In this document: in pieces, positions 46,901 through 58,392 of the stretch
Position numbering within the stretch: the first letter of the stretch is position 1
How the letters are laid out: every line of letters begins with the position of its first letter
Source: Cyanophora paradoxa CCMP329
Lineage: Eukaryota; Plantae; Glaucophyta
Length of the DNA stretch: 64,000 nt
NCBI GenBank assembly: GCA_004431415.1
Contig: QPMI01000453.1
Coordinates: 186,001 to 250,000, forward strand
Direction: 5' to 3'
The notes under the pieces: model-generated
Seen by the model: only the letters and a program-made list of their open reading frames with translations
The model's database searches: none
Told to the model about the DNA's origin: nothing
Program-made: the position numbers and the translations under genes

Positions 46901-49900
46901 AGGCGGCGGCGGAGCTAGGAGACGATACGGACGAGTCATCTGGGCCCTAGAGATCGCTAGCGCACGCCCCGGCGGAGCCCAGGCACAGTACTTGACCGGA
47001 GGTCAAGGCACAGGCCGGGCTCACGCGGGGCCGAGGTGGGCGGCGGCGAGGGCCAGCCGGCCCGGGTCCGTGTCGCACAGGATCACGTGGCACTGCGGCG
47101 CGCTCAGATCGCTCAGATCAGATCAGATCGGCTCAGATCAGATCGGATCGGATCGGATCTGAGGCGCACATCGACGTCGACGGCGCGGCGGAGGGCGGCG
47201 AGGGCGGTGCCGTCGATCCCGACGGCGAGGAGGCGCCGCGCCGGCGTGCCTGCATGCGCCAGCCGACCGGAACGGTTAGAGTTGATAAAGGACACCGGAA
47301 CGCGTGCCAGGCACGCGTGCCAGGGTTGCCCGGCAGGGCAGAGCTAGAGTCTTCACTCTACCGCCACACCTAAGCTACCCTAGGCTATCTCTCGACGGCG
47401 AGGAGGCGCCGGGCCGGCGCACCGGGGGCCCAGGCGAGGGGGTCGTCCCGGTCGCCCAGAGACCCGTCGGGCACCTCCCCGGCGAGGCGGAGGCCCGCCC
47501 GGGCGAGCAGCGGGCCGGCTACCAGGTCGATCTGCTCGATTGTCTTGTTATATCGAGATTATCTGCATAGAGCATCTAGCTTTCTTGGATCGTTTAGTGA
47601 TCATGAGCACCAGCACGAATCCGAGCATGGCGGTGCCGAAGGCCTGGCCCCAGGCGCCCGCGAACAGCAGCTGCGTCTTGGCGACGAGGCCGAAGCTCAT
47701 ACCGCCTTGCGGCGCGAAGGTCAGCCTGCGGCCGGTCGTTTGCGGTCAACGCTCAGAGCAGAATGAAAGAAGAGAGAAGATGGCCCAAACTAGCGCAGCC
47801 GTGATCGAAAGCGGCGCACTTAGGTCGGCTTAGCTGAAGGCGCAACTTAAGCTCAAGAGAAAGAAGCTTAAGATGCCGAACGTCAAGAAACTTGAAGCGT
47901 GAATATATAGTCATCAAGCTCGGCTAATCTCAGCCTAAAGAAGAAACTTAGCCGAAGCGTCCTAGCTCCCGCCTCCATCGAAGCTATGACCGAAGCCCCG
48001 GTCGGGATCGAAATTCAGAGGGGCGCACCACATGGCGCGCCAGGCGTCGCGCTTCTGGCCGAGGGCGATGCCTGCGGGGACGCAGGCGGCCGCGCACGCC
48101 AGCATCCGCACGCAGCTGCGCGCCCGGGGATAATTATAAGGGCAGGGGCGGTCGGGGTTCGTTAGTTGGCATTTGGTCCAGAGCCGACATTCAGGCCATT
48201 TGGGGCGATGTGCGCCAGGGCCCGCAAAGAGAGTTAGCTAGCTAGAGCTAGAGAGTTAGCTATAGGCGCCCCGGGCCGCCCCGGGGCGGTTGGGGTTGGT
48301 TGATAAATGCCCTCTACCCCCGGGACGCACGCGAAGCTCCCGGCGAAGAGCAGCGCGCTCCTTAGCACCGCTGCGCCCAGGGGGGGGGGAGTCAGACTTC
48401 GTCGGTGAAGGAGGAGGAGGAGGAGGACAGAGGCAGGGGCGCGAGCGAGCGCGAGGCGTGGACCCCGGAGACGGGCCGGGGGCTGCCCTCTCAGGCTGCT
48501 GCTGTCCAGCTAGCCAGCCCGGCTTGGGCTGAGGATAAGAAGGGGGACGTGACAGAGAGGAGAGCGCGCGAGCCCCGGAGAGAGACGGGCGGTGTCCTCT
48601 CTAGCTGCTGCTATCCAGCTAGCTAGCCCATGGCCCGGCTCGGGCTGAAGAGGAGACGGGGGCGCACCGGGGTCGATTTTGGCTCCAGAGAGGGTAAAGA
48701 AGGGTACGAAGACGTAGGGGGAGACCTGCGTCAGATCAGATCGGATCAAATCAGATCAGATGGGTTCAGATCAGATCAGATCAGATCGAAGGGGGAACAA
48801 GACCTCCCGCAGGAACGACAGGAACCGGTTCCGGTTCACGACCTGCGCCCCGATCCGATCAGATCAGATCAGATCGGATCTGATCGTGTCGGATCAGATC
48901 ACATCAGATCGGATCGGGTCGGAACGGGTCAGGTCTTCCCCTCAAGGCCGGAGAGCCGGCGGGTACGGGGGACGGAGGGGTACGGGGGGGGGGTACGGGG
49001 GACGGAGGGGTACGGGGGACGAGAATACGGGGGGTACGGGGGACGGGGGTTACGGTTAAAGCGAGAATGCCAATATAGAAGAGGAGGGGCACGGGGTACG
49101 CAGGTCCACTGGGGAGACCAGAAGGGAAGGGGTATAGGGTTCGGAGCGGGGAAGAACGGGAGGGGAGGGTGGTACGGCTAGGCTCTTGTCTAGGCCGCTG
49201 TTTTTAGGGGTTCGGCCCGTTTCAGGGCCCGAAGCCCGTAGCCTAGGCCTCCTCCCCAGGAAGGGTGGGGGATGCTACACCTGCCCAGGCCGCTATTTAT
49301 AGAAGGGAAAGGGGGTACGGGCGCGGACCTGGTTAGTGGCGACGTAGCCGGCGGCGATAGCGACGAGGAGCCCCTCCAGCGAGAGGTCCGCCTGGGGTGT
49401 ACAGGGGCGTTCGCGGTCAGGGGGGTACGGCGATCGGGAAGCTGAGGCGGCCTCATATGATACTCAGGCCCACAACGACCTCAGACCCGGGGGCACTGGC
49501 ACCTGAAGGTACAGCAGCGAGTAGTAGTCGCAGGCCGCCGATATCTGAGCCTCAGGTCAGATGCGAGGCTCAGGTCAGATCTGAGCTGAACTCGCCTGCT
49601 CGACGCCCCACCCGAGCAGTAGGATGCACCACTGCGAGGGGACCTTCGGCCACCTGAGGCTCTGATCAGATCAGATCATATCAGATCATATCAGATCAGA
49701 TCATATCATATCAGATCAGATCAGATCAGATCACATGAGGCGAACCGCGCGTTCACGTTGAGTAGAATGACGACGAGGCGGCCGACTACCCATCCGACGA
49801 GGAAGGAGGCGGCTACGTTCGCCGCGAGGAAGAGGACGGCCGCGGCGGAGAAGCCGCCCCCCAGGATCACCGTGTTCGCGTACCCCTGCCGGCCGATCAC

Positions 49901-51416
49901 GGGGGCGGGGGAGGGGGGAGGAAAGGAAGGGGGGAAGGGGGGAAGAGGGGAAGGGGGAAGGGGGAGGAGGGTACGCGCGCACGGAGCAGACGGAGTAGAG
50001 GATGAGGGCGAGGGTGCAGCCCACGGCCGTGTTACCCTGAGCGAGGCGTACCCCCGCGTTACATTTGAAATCGGGCAGGAGCGGAGCGATCGGGAAGCGC
50101 AAAGGGCCTAGGGCGGGAGCGGCGTGGAGCGGCGCGCGCGGACCCCAGCCCGCCGGGCCGGATTCCTAAAAGAGGCGAGAGGGCGGGGGGGCTGGGCGGG
50201 GCGGGGCGGGGCGGGGCGGGGGGTACCATCACTGTCGAGGTGAAGCTCCCCTGCGCGCGCGTCTCGCGGATTATCCCGAGGACCGAGCCCGGCGCCAGCG
50301 CCGTGGCCACGCAGGAGCAGAGCAGCCCCAGCGCTGCCGGCGTCCGCTTCGGCACAGGCAAGGCGGGCGGAGCGAGGCGGGGCCGAGTGCGGGGCACCGG
50401 CGAGCTGCTCGAGGGTGGCGTTTGCGGGCTGCGCGAGGAGTCCCGCCCTCGCGAACGCAACGACGGTCGCCGTGCCGAAGATCTGTGGGCGCGTCAGCGA
50501 AAAGCACGTGACGCAGCCGGAGGCCTGGATCGAATCTGGTGCGCGAATTCGAGGCGCACGAGCTGGGCGACCGTGAAGCTGGCAGTGATGACGAGGATCG
50601 TGCGCACGCTGTCCCGGATCGCCGGCGTGTATAGCTCCGCCCCCGCCGAAAGGCAGATGAACGCCAGCCCTGATTTGATCGATATCGTCGAGTCGGCTGC
50701 GTCTGGAGCGGCGCGGCGCCCGGATCTCGTGGAAGCCGCTTACCTGTCTCGGCAACCATCGAAAGCTGAGCCAAGTTCTCGCGCGGTCCAAGCATGCCTG
50801 CCTGTGCAGTCAGAGCTCCTGTCAAGCGGTCACACGAGTCAAGCGCTCACCTAGGGCGGAAGCCGCCATGCCAGTCGTCACGTAGATGCAGATCGCCGGG
50901 AGCTGCGCCGAATCAGGACAACGCGCTGCCGCGGGTTGCAATTGGGGCGAAAGACTCACGCGCAGCTTCGCGCCGAGGGGGACGAGCCTGGCGGCCGCGA
51001 AGCAGAGGATCATGAAGCAGGCCGCTGTGGGCCAGAAGGACGCGTTGTACGGAGCCCACGCCATTTCGCCCGGCCGCTGTGCAGATGTGCCTCGTGCGGG
51101 GTCCCCGATCTCAAGCGCTTTCGGGAAGCATGCGCTTCTGCATCGCGACGTTCACGTGCGTACGCACGGAGCTGCCGGCCTTCTTGCCGAGATTCACGTA
51201 TCCCCCCGTCGCGTTATCGAACACCCCGAGCGTTCTTCTGCGGCATCCAGCATCGCAAGCGGAGAGTCAAGAGGACGAATCGGACCTGAGAGCTTCAGGC
51301 GGTGCGCCGGTGGCGAGCTCGCGGCCGCCGCTCGCCGCGGAACCGCCCCAGCGTTCTACGGCAGCGTCCAGGGTGATAGAAGCATGCAGGAAGACGAGTC
51401 GGAGAGACAGCTTCTG
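43977..51416 (-). CDS. Cation:proton antiporter (CPA2 / Na_H_Exchanger family) with C-terminal RCK/TrkA-N-like domain; many short exons, 5' end approximate
   Basis: Spliced TM segments: FMILCFAAARL..LPAICIYVTTG..GLAFICLSAGAELYTPAIRDSVRTILVITA..APGSVLGIIRETRAQGSFTSTVM|GNTAVGCTLALILYS..LEGLLVAIAAGYVATN..PYVFVPFFTLSGAKID..WLTFAPQGGMSFGL..WGQAFGTAMLG..AGPLLARAGLRLAGE. Then RRLLAVGIDG, HVILCDTDP, ALLALPSDREN and VVCLLRNPEWAKPF; stop at 43977-43979. Confidence 0.82.
47104..49732. repeat. Clusters of (TCAGA/TCGGA)n pentanucleotide microsatellite in antiporter introns
   Basis: Runs at ~47104-47160, 48731-48786, 48858-48915 and 49664-49732, all between deduced exons. Confidence 0.8.
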
Positions 51417-52501
51417 TAGTTGCGCCGGTGCGGCGGAGGGGCGAACGTGCGGTTGGCGCCATCGATATCGCCTTTCGCACCGCGTGTGCGCTCAAGTTCA
51501 CCTCTTTGAGCGCAGCGCGATATTGCAGTCCAAAGCAGTCCAGGGCCTCCAGGCGCGTCCTGGATCCCGCGCGCGGCCGCGCCGCGGCGCCGGCGCCGGC
51601 GCGGCCGGCGCCGCGGCCGGCCCGCGGCCGGCCGGGCGCGCGCCGGCGCCCGCGGCCGGCCGCGAGCGCCACGTGCACGCACACGTACGCGCTGAATGTT
51701 CATGACGTCGGCAGATCTTACGCATACGTTGGTTCTTTCGAGCTCAAGCCGCCGCTGCACCGGTACCACGGGCCTATAGCTAGGCGCGGGCCTATATAGC
51801 TAGGCCTGCAGCTGGCGCCGGCGCGCGGGGGCCGGGGCCGCCAGCCGCGGCGTATGCATTAGGCGCGGGCGGGGACCTCGAGCTCGCGATTGGTGTCTGC
51901 CTGTGCTCGCTTTTCATCGTGAGCTCAGACTCGACCCTGGTTCGTCTTTTCTTCTTTTAATTTGTTTCATAGCTTGCCTAGCTTGCCTAGCTATATAGGG
52001 CATACCGGTAGCATCAAGCTTCAGCTGCACGGAGATGCAATTGCAAGTTTGCCTATAGCTAGGGCCTGCGTATCCGATCCAGGTTTAAAACTAAAGCAAA
52101 GTATCGTCTTTAATTTCGTTGATTAAATTGAATTCGAAGCTGCATATCTCAGAGTCTAGGCCTGTACATGTGTCTAGATATTGATATAGGGCCCGCGCGG
52201 GGCTGCGGGGCCAGACCAACCGCTGATCATGACCAGCGCTAGCCCGGCGGCCCGCAGTCTGCGCAGCAGCAGATCTTAATTAAGCGAGCCCAGCCCCCGC
52301 GCCGCGCGCGTGGCCATGCGCGGGTGCCTAGATCTAACATTTGACACTCGAATTAATATTCGTGCAGTCAGGGCATTCCAATGAACAAAGGAGGTAATAT
52401 TGGGATCTTGTTCCCGCCGGGTTATCACTTTTCTCGTGCTCCCACCGGGTATGTCGAAGTTTTTGATCAGTTTAAATACCTCCTTTCATTTTTTCCCGTG
52501 A

Positions 52502-55500
52502 ATGCGCAGGCCGAATGTTCCGGAGTGGGTGTCCCTGTACTGGTGTGAATGTGAGAAATGCAAGAAAGCGCGCTCGCCGGCGACATCCGGCATCGCGACC
52601 GCTGGCTTTTGCGGCGACTTCCTCTCAATCTCGTACTCGGAAACGATTGGAATGCTTCATATGAACATGACTGATGAAAAAGGCTACAAGGAATTCGTGC
52701 AGTACTGGCAGGTGCGTCAGTTCTATTGATTCACCAGCTTGTTTACAGAATTATGATTCACATGAATGCAGGGCGAGCTCGATAATAGCGTCGCCAAGCT
52801 GGGCGAGCAGGCGCTAGCGACGGTCTCGTACGCCCTCCGGCTCGCTCTGGGCTTCAACCATTTCGAGAAGCCCGACGAAGTCGTGAAGATTTACGAGGTG
52901 CTCGCGGTCGTAATACATAATGCTATAAGCAATGCCGATGGATCTCTATTGTATATTACGTACCTCGCACGCCCTGCTATTATCGAGCATTATAAAATAT
53001 ATGGAGCGCTATGCGTTTGGAGCGCTATGGAGCGCTATTATCGAGCATTGTAATAATATACGTTCATATGCGCAGCGTTTCCTTGCGCCCCGGCTCCTGG
53101 ATGAGAAAAGGCGGGACGAGCTTCTAGGGGCTGCAACTCCCGAGGCCCTCGCGGACCACGCGCGGGCGTTCGCCTACGTTTACTTCAAGGCCAAGAATCA
53201 CGCGCGTGCCAAGAAAATCTACATGGTTCGTCTTGCGTGCCGTTAATTTCGCATAAATGTATGCATATGCATTGATACAGATCATCTAAATGTCAATGCT
53301 CGCACATGCGCAGTGCGCGCTGGATGTGCTGAAGCGACTTACGCGATTCCACGAGAAGAACAAGCGTATCGCCGAGGTCCTCTGGTTGCTAGGAAGCATC
53401 TGTGTACAGCTGAAAGAGTGGGAGGAGGCCTGGAGGAATTTCCAGGTGCGAGATCGTTTGCGATATCGCCGCTAATTGCATATTTTATTTTATTTTGAGG
53501 TACATGCATATGCTCTTGCAGTCGTCAGTGGAGAGTTACGGAGGCGTGGGTTGCCAGTGCTGCGTTGGGCCGGGCTCGCTCTCGCTGCTCATCGGACAGT
53601 GGCACGGGGCCAATCCTCCTCCGAACCTTGATGTGGAGGCCATGTTGCAGGTGATCACTCTCTTATTTCAAAGTATGCAGTTTGTAGTTGACGAGCGGTT
53701 GCCGCAGTGCGTTGCAGCTGTACTTGGGTGTTGCCAAGCGAGCTTGCGAAACCTGCAAGAAGAAGAACTATCTCGCCCAGGCGTATGGGGATGCTGGAAC
53801 TTTGATTCTTACTTGGGGTCTTGGTGTGGACAGAGCCGAGCTATATCTGAAGGCGAGCGCCAAGAGTGCTCATTTTCAGCTTTTAAATCATTAAACACTT
53901 CTTGCAGCGGGCGATCGCGGAAACGGAAGAGAGTCGAATAGCTGGCCAGGGAGAATTCCTAGCGCGAACTCTGATGATTCTCGGCCAGTTGTACAAATCA
54001 ACAAGTCGCCTTGATGAGGCTGCGTCAAGCTGTCAGGTAATTGGTCCACGGACCGGGGCCGTTAACTTTGCTTTGAAGTCATCTAAGAGTCCCGCTGTCT
54101 GTCGCAGCGCGCCGCTGTGTTGCTCCAGGACGCTGCAGCTGATCATGATGGTACCGGTCTGGTCCACGAAATGGCAGAAGGATGCCTTACACAGCTGGCT
54201 TCCATCTTGTCTATGAAGAAAGGTTATGATCCTTCCGTTACATCATTCTGCTATCAGGTAAGTCGATTCATCGCGCTGATAGACTTATCATGATCATGAC
54301 CATTTGACTTGCGTTTGTGCTCGCGATCGTATAGAAACTTTCCGAGTTCTTCATAAAGAAGAAAAGGCTTCCTACCGGAATAGACACAGGCGGAAGGACT
54401 CCGCAGGAGTATATCGATGTCAGCGATTTGATTTCGTATTATCCGCTAATTATAACGCGCTTTCTGCGTAAATGACGTTTGATGTCGGACAGCACTTGGC
54501 GAATGCGCACCGGCTCTCGAGCAAGCTGGAGTCGCGCCAGAGGGCGCAAGAGTCTGCAGCTGCAAGGCCAGATCAAGATCAAGCGGAGCGGGGGCGGGCG
54601 GAGGCGGAGGCGGAGCGCGAGCGGGCGCGGCGGGAGGCCGAGCGCGCCGAGCGGGCCAAGCGCGACGCCGCAGACAGGGTACGTTTTGCAGCTTCGCTGC
54701 GTCGTTTTATCTGTTCCGGATCTACAAGCGACGAGATTCCGGCAGAAAGCGGGGAAGAAGCTCGTCGGCAAATCCGACTGGGCCCGCGCGCGCCCCATCC
54801 TCGACGCTCTGCTAAAGGTTCGCTGCTTTTGGGTTTCAGGTTTCGGTGCCGGCGCACGCTAAGGAAAATTCCCTGCTAAGGAAATTTCCTGCTAAAGGTT
54901 TCTTTGCTTGAAATTTCCTGCTAAGGATCGTGCGCAGAGGTCGCCAGGAGACACCGAGGCGAGGCTACTGCGCATCAGTGCGTTAACGCTCTAGATATAT
55001 GTCTGTCCGGCACTACAGCTCCAATTCAAATTATTTAAACGCCCCTCGCTTCCATTCCTTCTGCAGGGTGCATGGCGGGGGCGGGCGAGCTGGAGGCGGC
55101 CGTGCGGGAGACGAGGAACTGCGAGCGCCACCTCGCCAAGTCCGGTTCGGGCTCGAGCTCCGACGTGCTTAGCAGGTGCGCTTGAACGTCGACGTGCCCG
55201 CGGCCCGGCCGTGGCCGCGGTTCTCGGGATCTAGATCTGCCCTAGAACTGAACACTAGGATCGGGGCGGCCCGCAGACCTAGGCCTTGCAGTTGTAATAT
55301 TTATTTGCCAAATTTAAAGGTAATCAAGATGAGCTTTAATTTGGATTGCAGGCTCCAGGGGCTGCGGCAGGAGGCCGAAGCACGACTGCGCGAGCGGCTG
55401 GAGGCAGCGGAGGAGCGCAGGCGCGCGGAGCAGCAGAGGGAAGAAGAGGCGGCGGAGGAGGAGGCGGAGGAGGAGGCGGAGGAGGAGGAGCCAGAGGGAC

Positions 55501-57345
55501 GTCGAAGTGCTTCCAGAGCCGATCCGGAGCTCGAACGGCCGCTTCACGGCCCGCCGCCGGCCGAGGCCGTGGGGGATCCAGAGCTCGAGGCGCTTGCGAC
55601 GCACGTCGCAGATCCAGAGGACATCGACGATCGCGAATCTGGACCCGGATCCGCTGCGCCCGACCTTAGCGTCTTAAGCTTGCGATTGCAGGACTCGTGC
55701 GTGCTTTGCAACTGATTACCATTATAATTATAAATATGTTTGACAGGCACTACCACTCTCTGCATTCGAATTCGGCGGCGCTGACTAGCGTCGACGATAT
55801 CGATCGCGATATTGATCGGGAGGAGGCGGACGACTGCGCGATCTGCCTGGCGACCATGGCCTTGGGGCCCGGGCCCGCCCTAGGGCTGGCCACCCTCCCC
55901 TGCGGCCGTGCGCCATGCATATGGCCCAGAAGCTGTAATATTCTTTAAATGTTCTGGCCCATATTTAGAAGCTTAAAGAGGTAGAAGCTTAAATGTTCAT
56001 GCATATATGTGCGTTGCTTAATAATTGCAAGGGGGAAAGGGGCCCCCTTGCTTCCCGTTCCCTCGCTTCAGCCAAAAGTTTTCTATGAGGCCGTTTTCGA
56101 GGTCCAGTTTGCAACACCTGAAAAAAATGTTGCTTTATTCGCGATCCGATTGGCTCGGTGGACCGGTCAGCTCTCGACTTTCGAGCGTCGAATTCGTGGG
56201 GGAAAAGTGGTTTTCGAGGGGAAAACTAACTTCTCTCTAACTCCGGTCTTCGAATTCCTTGCGCGGTTCTGCATGGAACCAGTTCTCCCTAGCTGTCTCC
56301 TCTAGATTTCCGAGTTCGGCTTCCTCGCAGTGTGTCGCGTACGCCTTGCTCTTCGTTGCGCGGTTCTGCATGGAACCACTTCTCTCTAGCTGTCAACGTC
56401 TCCTCTAGATTTCCGCTTCCTCGCAGCTGCAGTGCGCCGCGTACGTCGCACGGTACCCGTGCCGCCTGGACTAGTTTTCACTGCATCAAGCTTGCACCGC
56501 AGTACTGCGTACCGCGCTGCCCGCAGCCGAGCACGCCAGCCGGCCCGCGCCCTCTTGTTGCGCTCGGCACTCCGCTGCTCGGCTTCTTGGACTGGCCGCG
56601 GTGCTTGCTTCGGCAGATTGCGCCGCAATCTGCCGCGCGCGCTACTACTTCAAACTGCCGCGCGCGCTGGGCCGGGGTCGATCTACATCTGCCCCGTGCA
56701 TGTTCGTGCCCGGCGGCCACTACTACTCTTTCATTAATATATTAGATCCCGATTCCCCCCTTGCACCCCCGGCGCGCCAAACGCGGCCGGGCCCCTAGTA
56801 CATCGCCCGCAGACCGGTTCGAATTCCATCGGAGCTGCATCGACACGTGGCGCGCGGGGTGCCCCTTCCGCTGCGGCGAGCCCCCGGATCCGACGCCGGC
56901 GCCATCAATCGCGAGCTCCTCGGCCGCGGCAGCCGCGGCGGCTGCGGTCCCGGCCGCTCCAGCAGCTGCAGCCATTCCTGCAGCTGGCCTGCCGGCCTTG
57001 GCTTCGAGGCCGCCTCAGCACCCGCGGCAGATCCCGGCAGTGGCCATGGGGACGCCCCCGGCCTCCTCGACCGCGGCCGCGGCCGCGGGGGCCGGCGCCG
57101 GCGCCGGAGCTCGAGCCGCCGGCGTCGCGGACGTCGGCGTCGCCCCTCCGGCCGGCGCCTCGCCCCTCCCGCGCCCCCCGCGCCCCTGCGCCCCCGCTGC
57201 CGGCCGCGGCCGCGGTGCGCCCGACGCGGCCGTACCTGCCTCCGAGCCTGCGGGGCATCCTGAGGCCCCCGGCCCCCGCGAGCTCTGGCCACGTGCACGT
57301 GCACGGCCCGAATACCCCGTAGAGCCCCCAATCGCAAGGTTATAA
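52502..57345 (+). CDS. TPR-like repeat / coiled-coil / RING-H2 protein (probable E3 ubiquitin ligase); multi-exon, start approximate
   Basis: Helical TPR-like exons (AEVLWLLGSICVQLKEWEEAWRNFQ; ARTLMILGQLYKSTSRLDEAASSCQ) and E/R-rich coiled coils (54530-54680, 55350-55500). The RING CAICLATM..TLPCG|HRFEFHRSCIDTWRAGCPFRC is split by intron ~55908-56812. Confidence 0.72.
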
Positions 57346-58392
57346 TTAGCTGCGAAGTGCTGGAACAGAGTTTCCATCATGTACTAATACGTACGCGTAC
57401 TGCAAGGCTCTAGATCTAGATCTGCGCATTCTTCCTGTACATGTGTTCTTCAGCAGCCCCCGACCGCGCGCGCGTGGCTCATGATCATGATCATTTTTCT
57501 ATCTGCAAAATTATTACCGCATCGGGTGGCACACTGGCACCTGAGGTCGACGGGGACGGGGGCCGGGGAGCTAGCTGCCGACGACGCCGGGGGCGATCTC
57601 GATATGGCGGGCGCGCCGGCGCGCCGGCCCGGCGGGCGCCGGACACGCAGGCGGCCAGGCCTGTCGACGTCACGTGGCTCATGATCACGCCGCCTGTGCA
57701 TTTGTGTTACGCGGAACCGTTGAACCGCCGCCGGCGCCGGCTGCGGTGAGCGCGCGGGCCCCGGGGCCCGCGCACGAGGCCACGCGTACCACCGGGCCGG
57801 TGCCGGCCCACTGCCGGGCCCTGCCGGGCCAGTGCCGGCGAGGCCCGGCGTGCGGCCGCGTGCCGCGTGGCGGCGCGGGCTGTGCGGCCTGCGGCCCTGC
57901 GCCGGCGCCCAGCCTGCCAGCGGCGTCTACTGGTATAGGCTACCCGGGGTATAGCTCAGCAGCTACCGTAGTCTCCGGATCCGTATAGTAGCGGCGTATA
58001 CTAGTACGTAGTCACCGTATTCGGATTCTCGGAAGACCGTAGACGGCGGCGCCGCGGCGGAGTTCAAAACTACGCGTATACGGTATACGTATACTGTGAT
58101 ACTTTTTAATTTAATGAATGAAGTTCAAGAAATGAATCAAAAAATACGGCTAGCTCCTGGCTAGGCGGCTAGCCATCTGAGCGGGAGCTCGCCGATTCGC
58201 GCACCCCCTTCTAGATCTGCAACCTCCATGCCAGCTGCAGCCTACAGCGAAGCGCTCGGATTCCTAGGAAGCAGGTCCGACGGTCGGGAAGCGCGGATCG
58301 CCACGCATCCGCGGCCGTGCGATCAGAGCTTCGGGAGCTCGCCCAGCTGCGGCCAGCGCTGCTCGCCAGCTGCGGTCATCTGGCCCAGGGCC

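Larger units (their letters stand above)
12675..47082. repeat. Tandem segmental amplification X''-NLR_A-X'-NLR_B-X
   Basis: 14680-28360 aligns with 31965-43723 throughout (same exons, introns and upstream block). Blocks 12675-14676, 28490-31962 and 43795-47082 are three homologous copies of the antiporter 3' region. Confidence 0.92.

Noticed and set aside
12675-47082. LTR or DIRS retrotransposon (long direct repeats flanking an internal region)
   Set aside because: The repeats are antiporter exons and introns; no gag, RT, integrase or tyrosine recombinase; no TG..CA ends.
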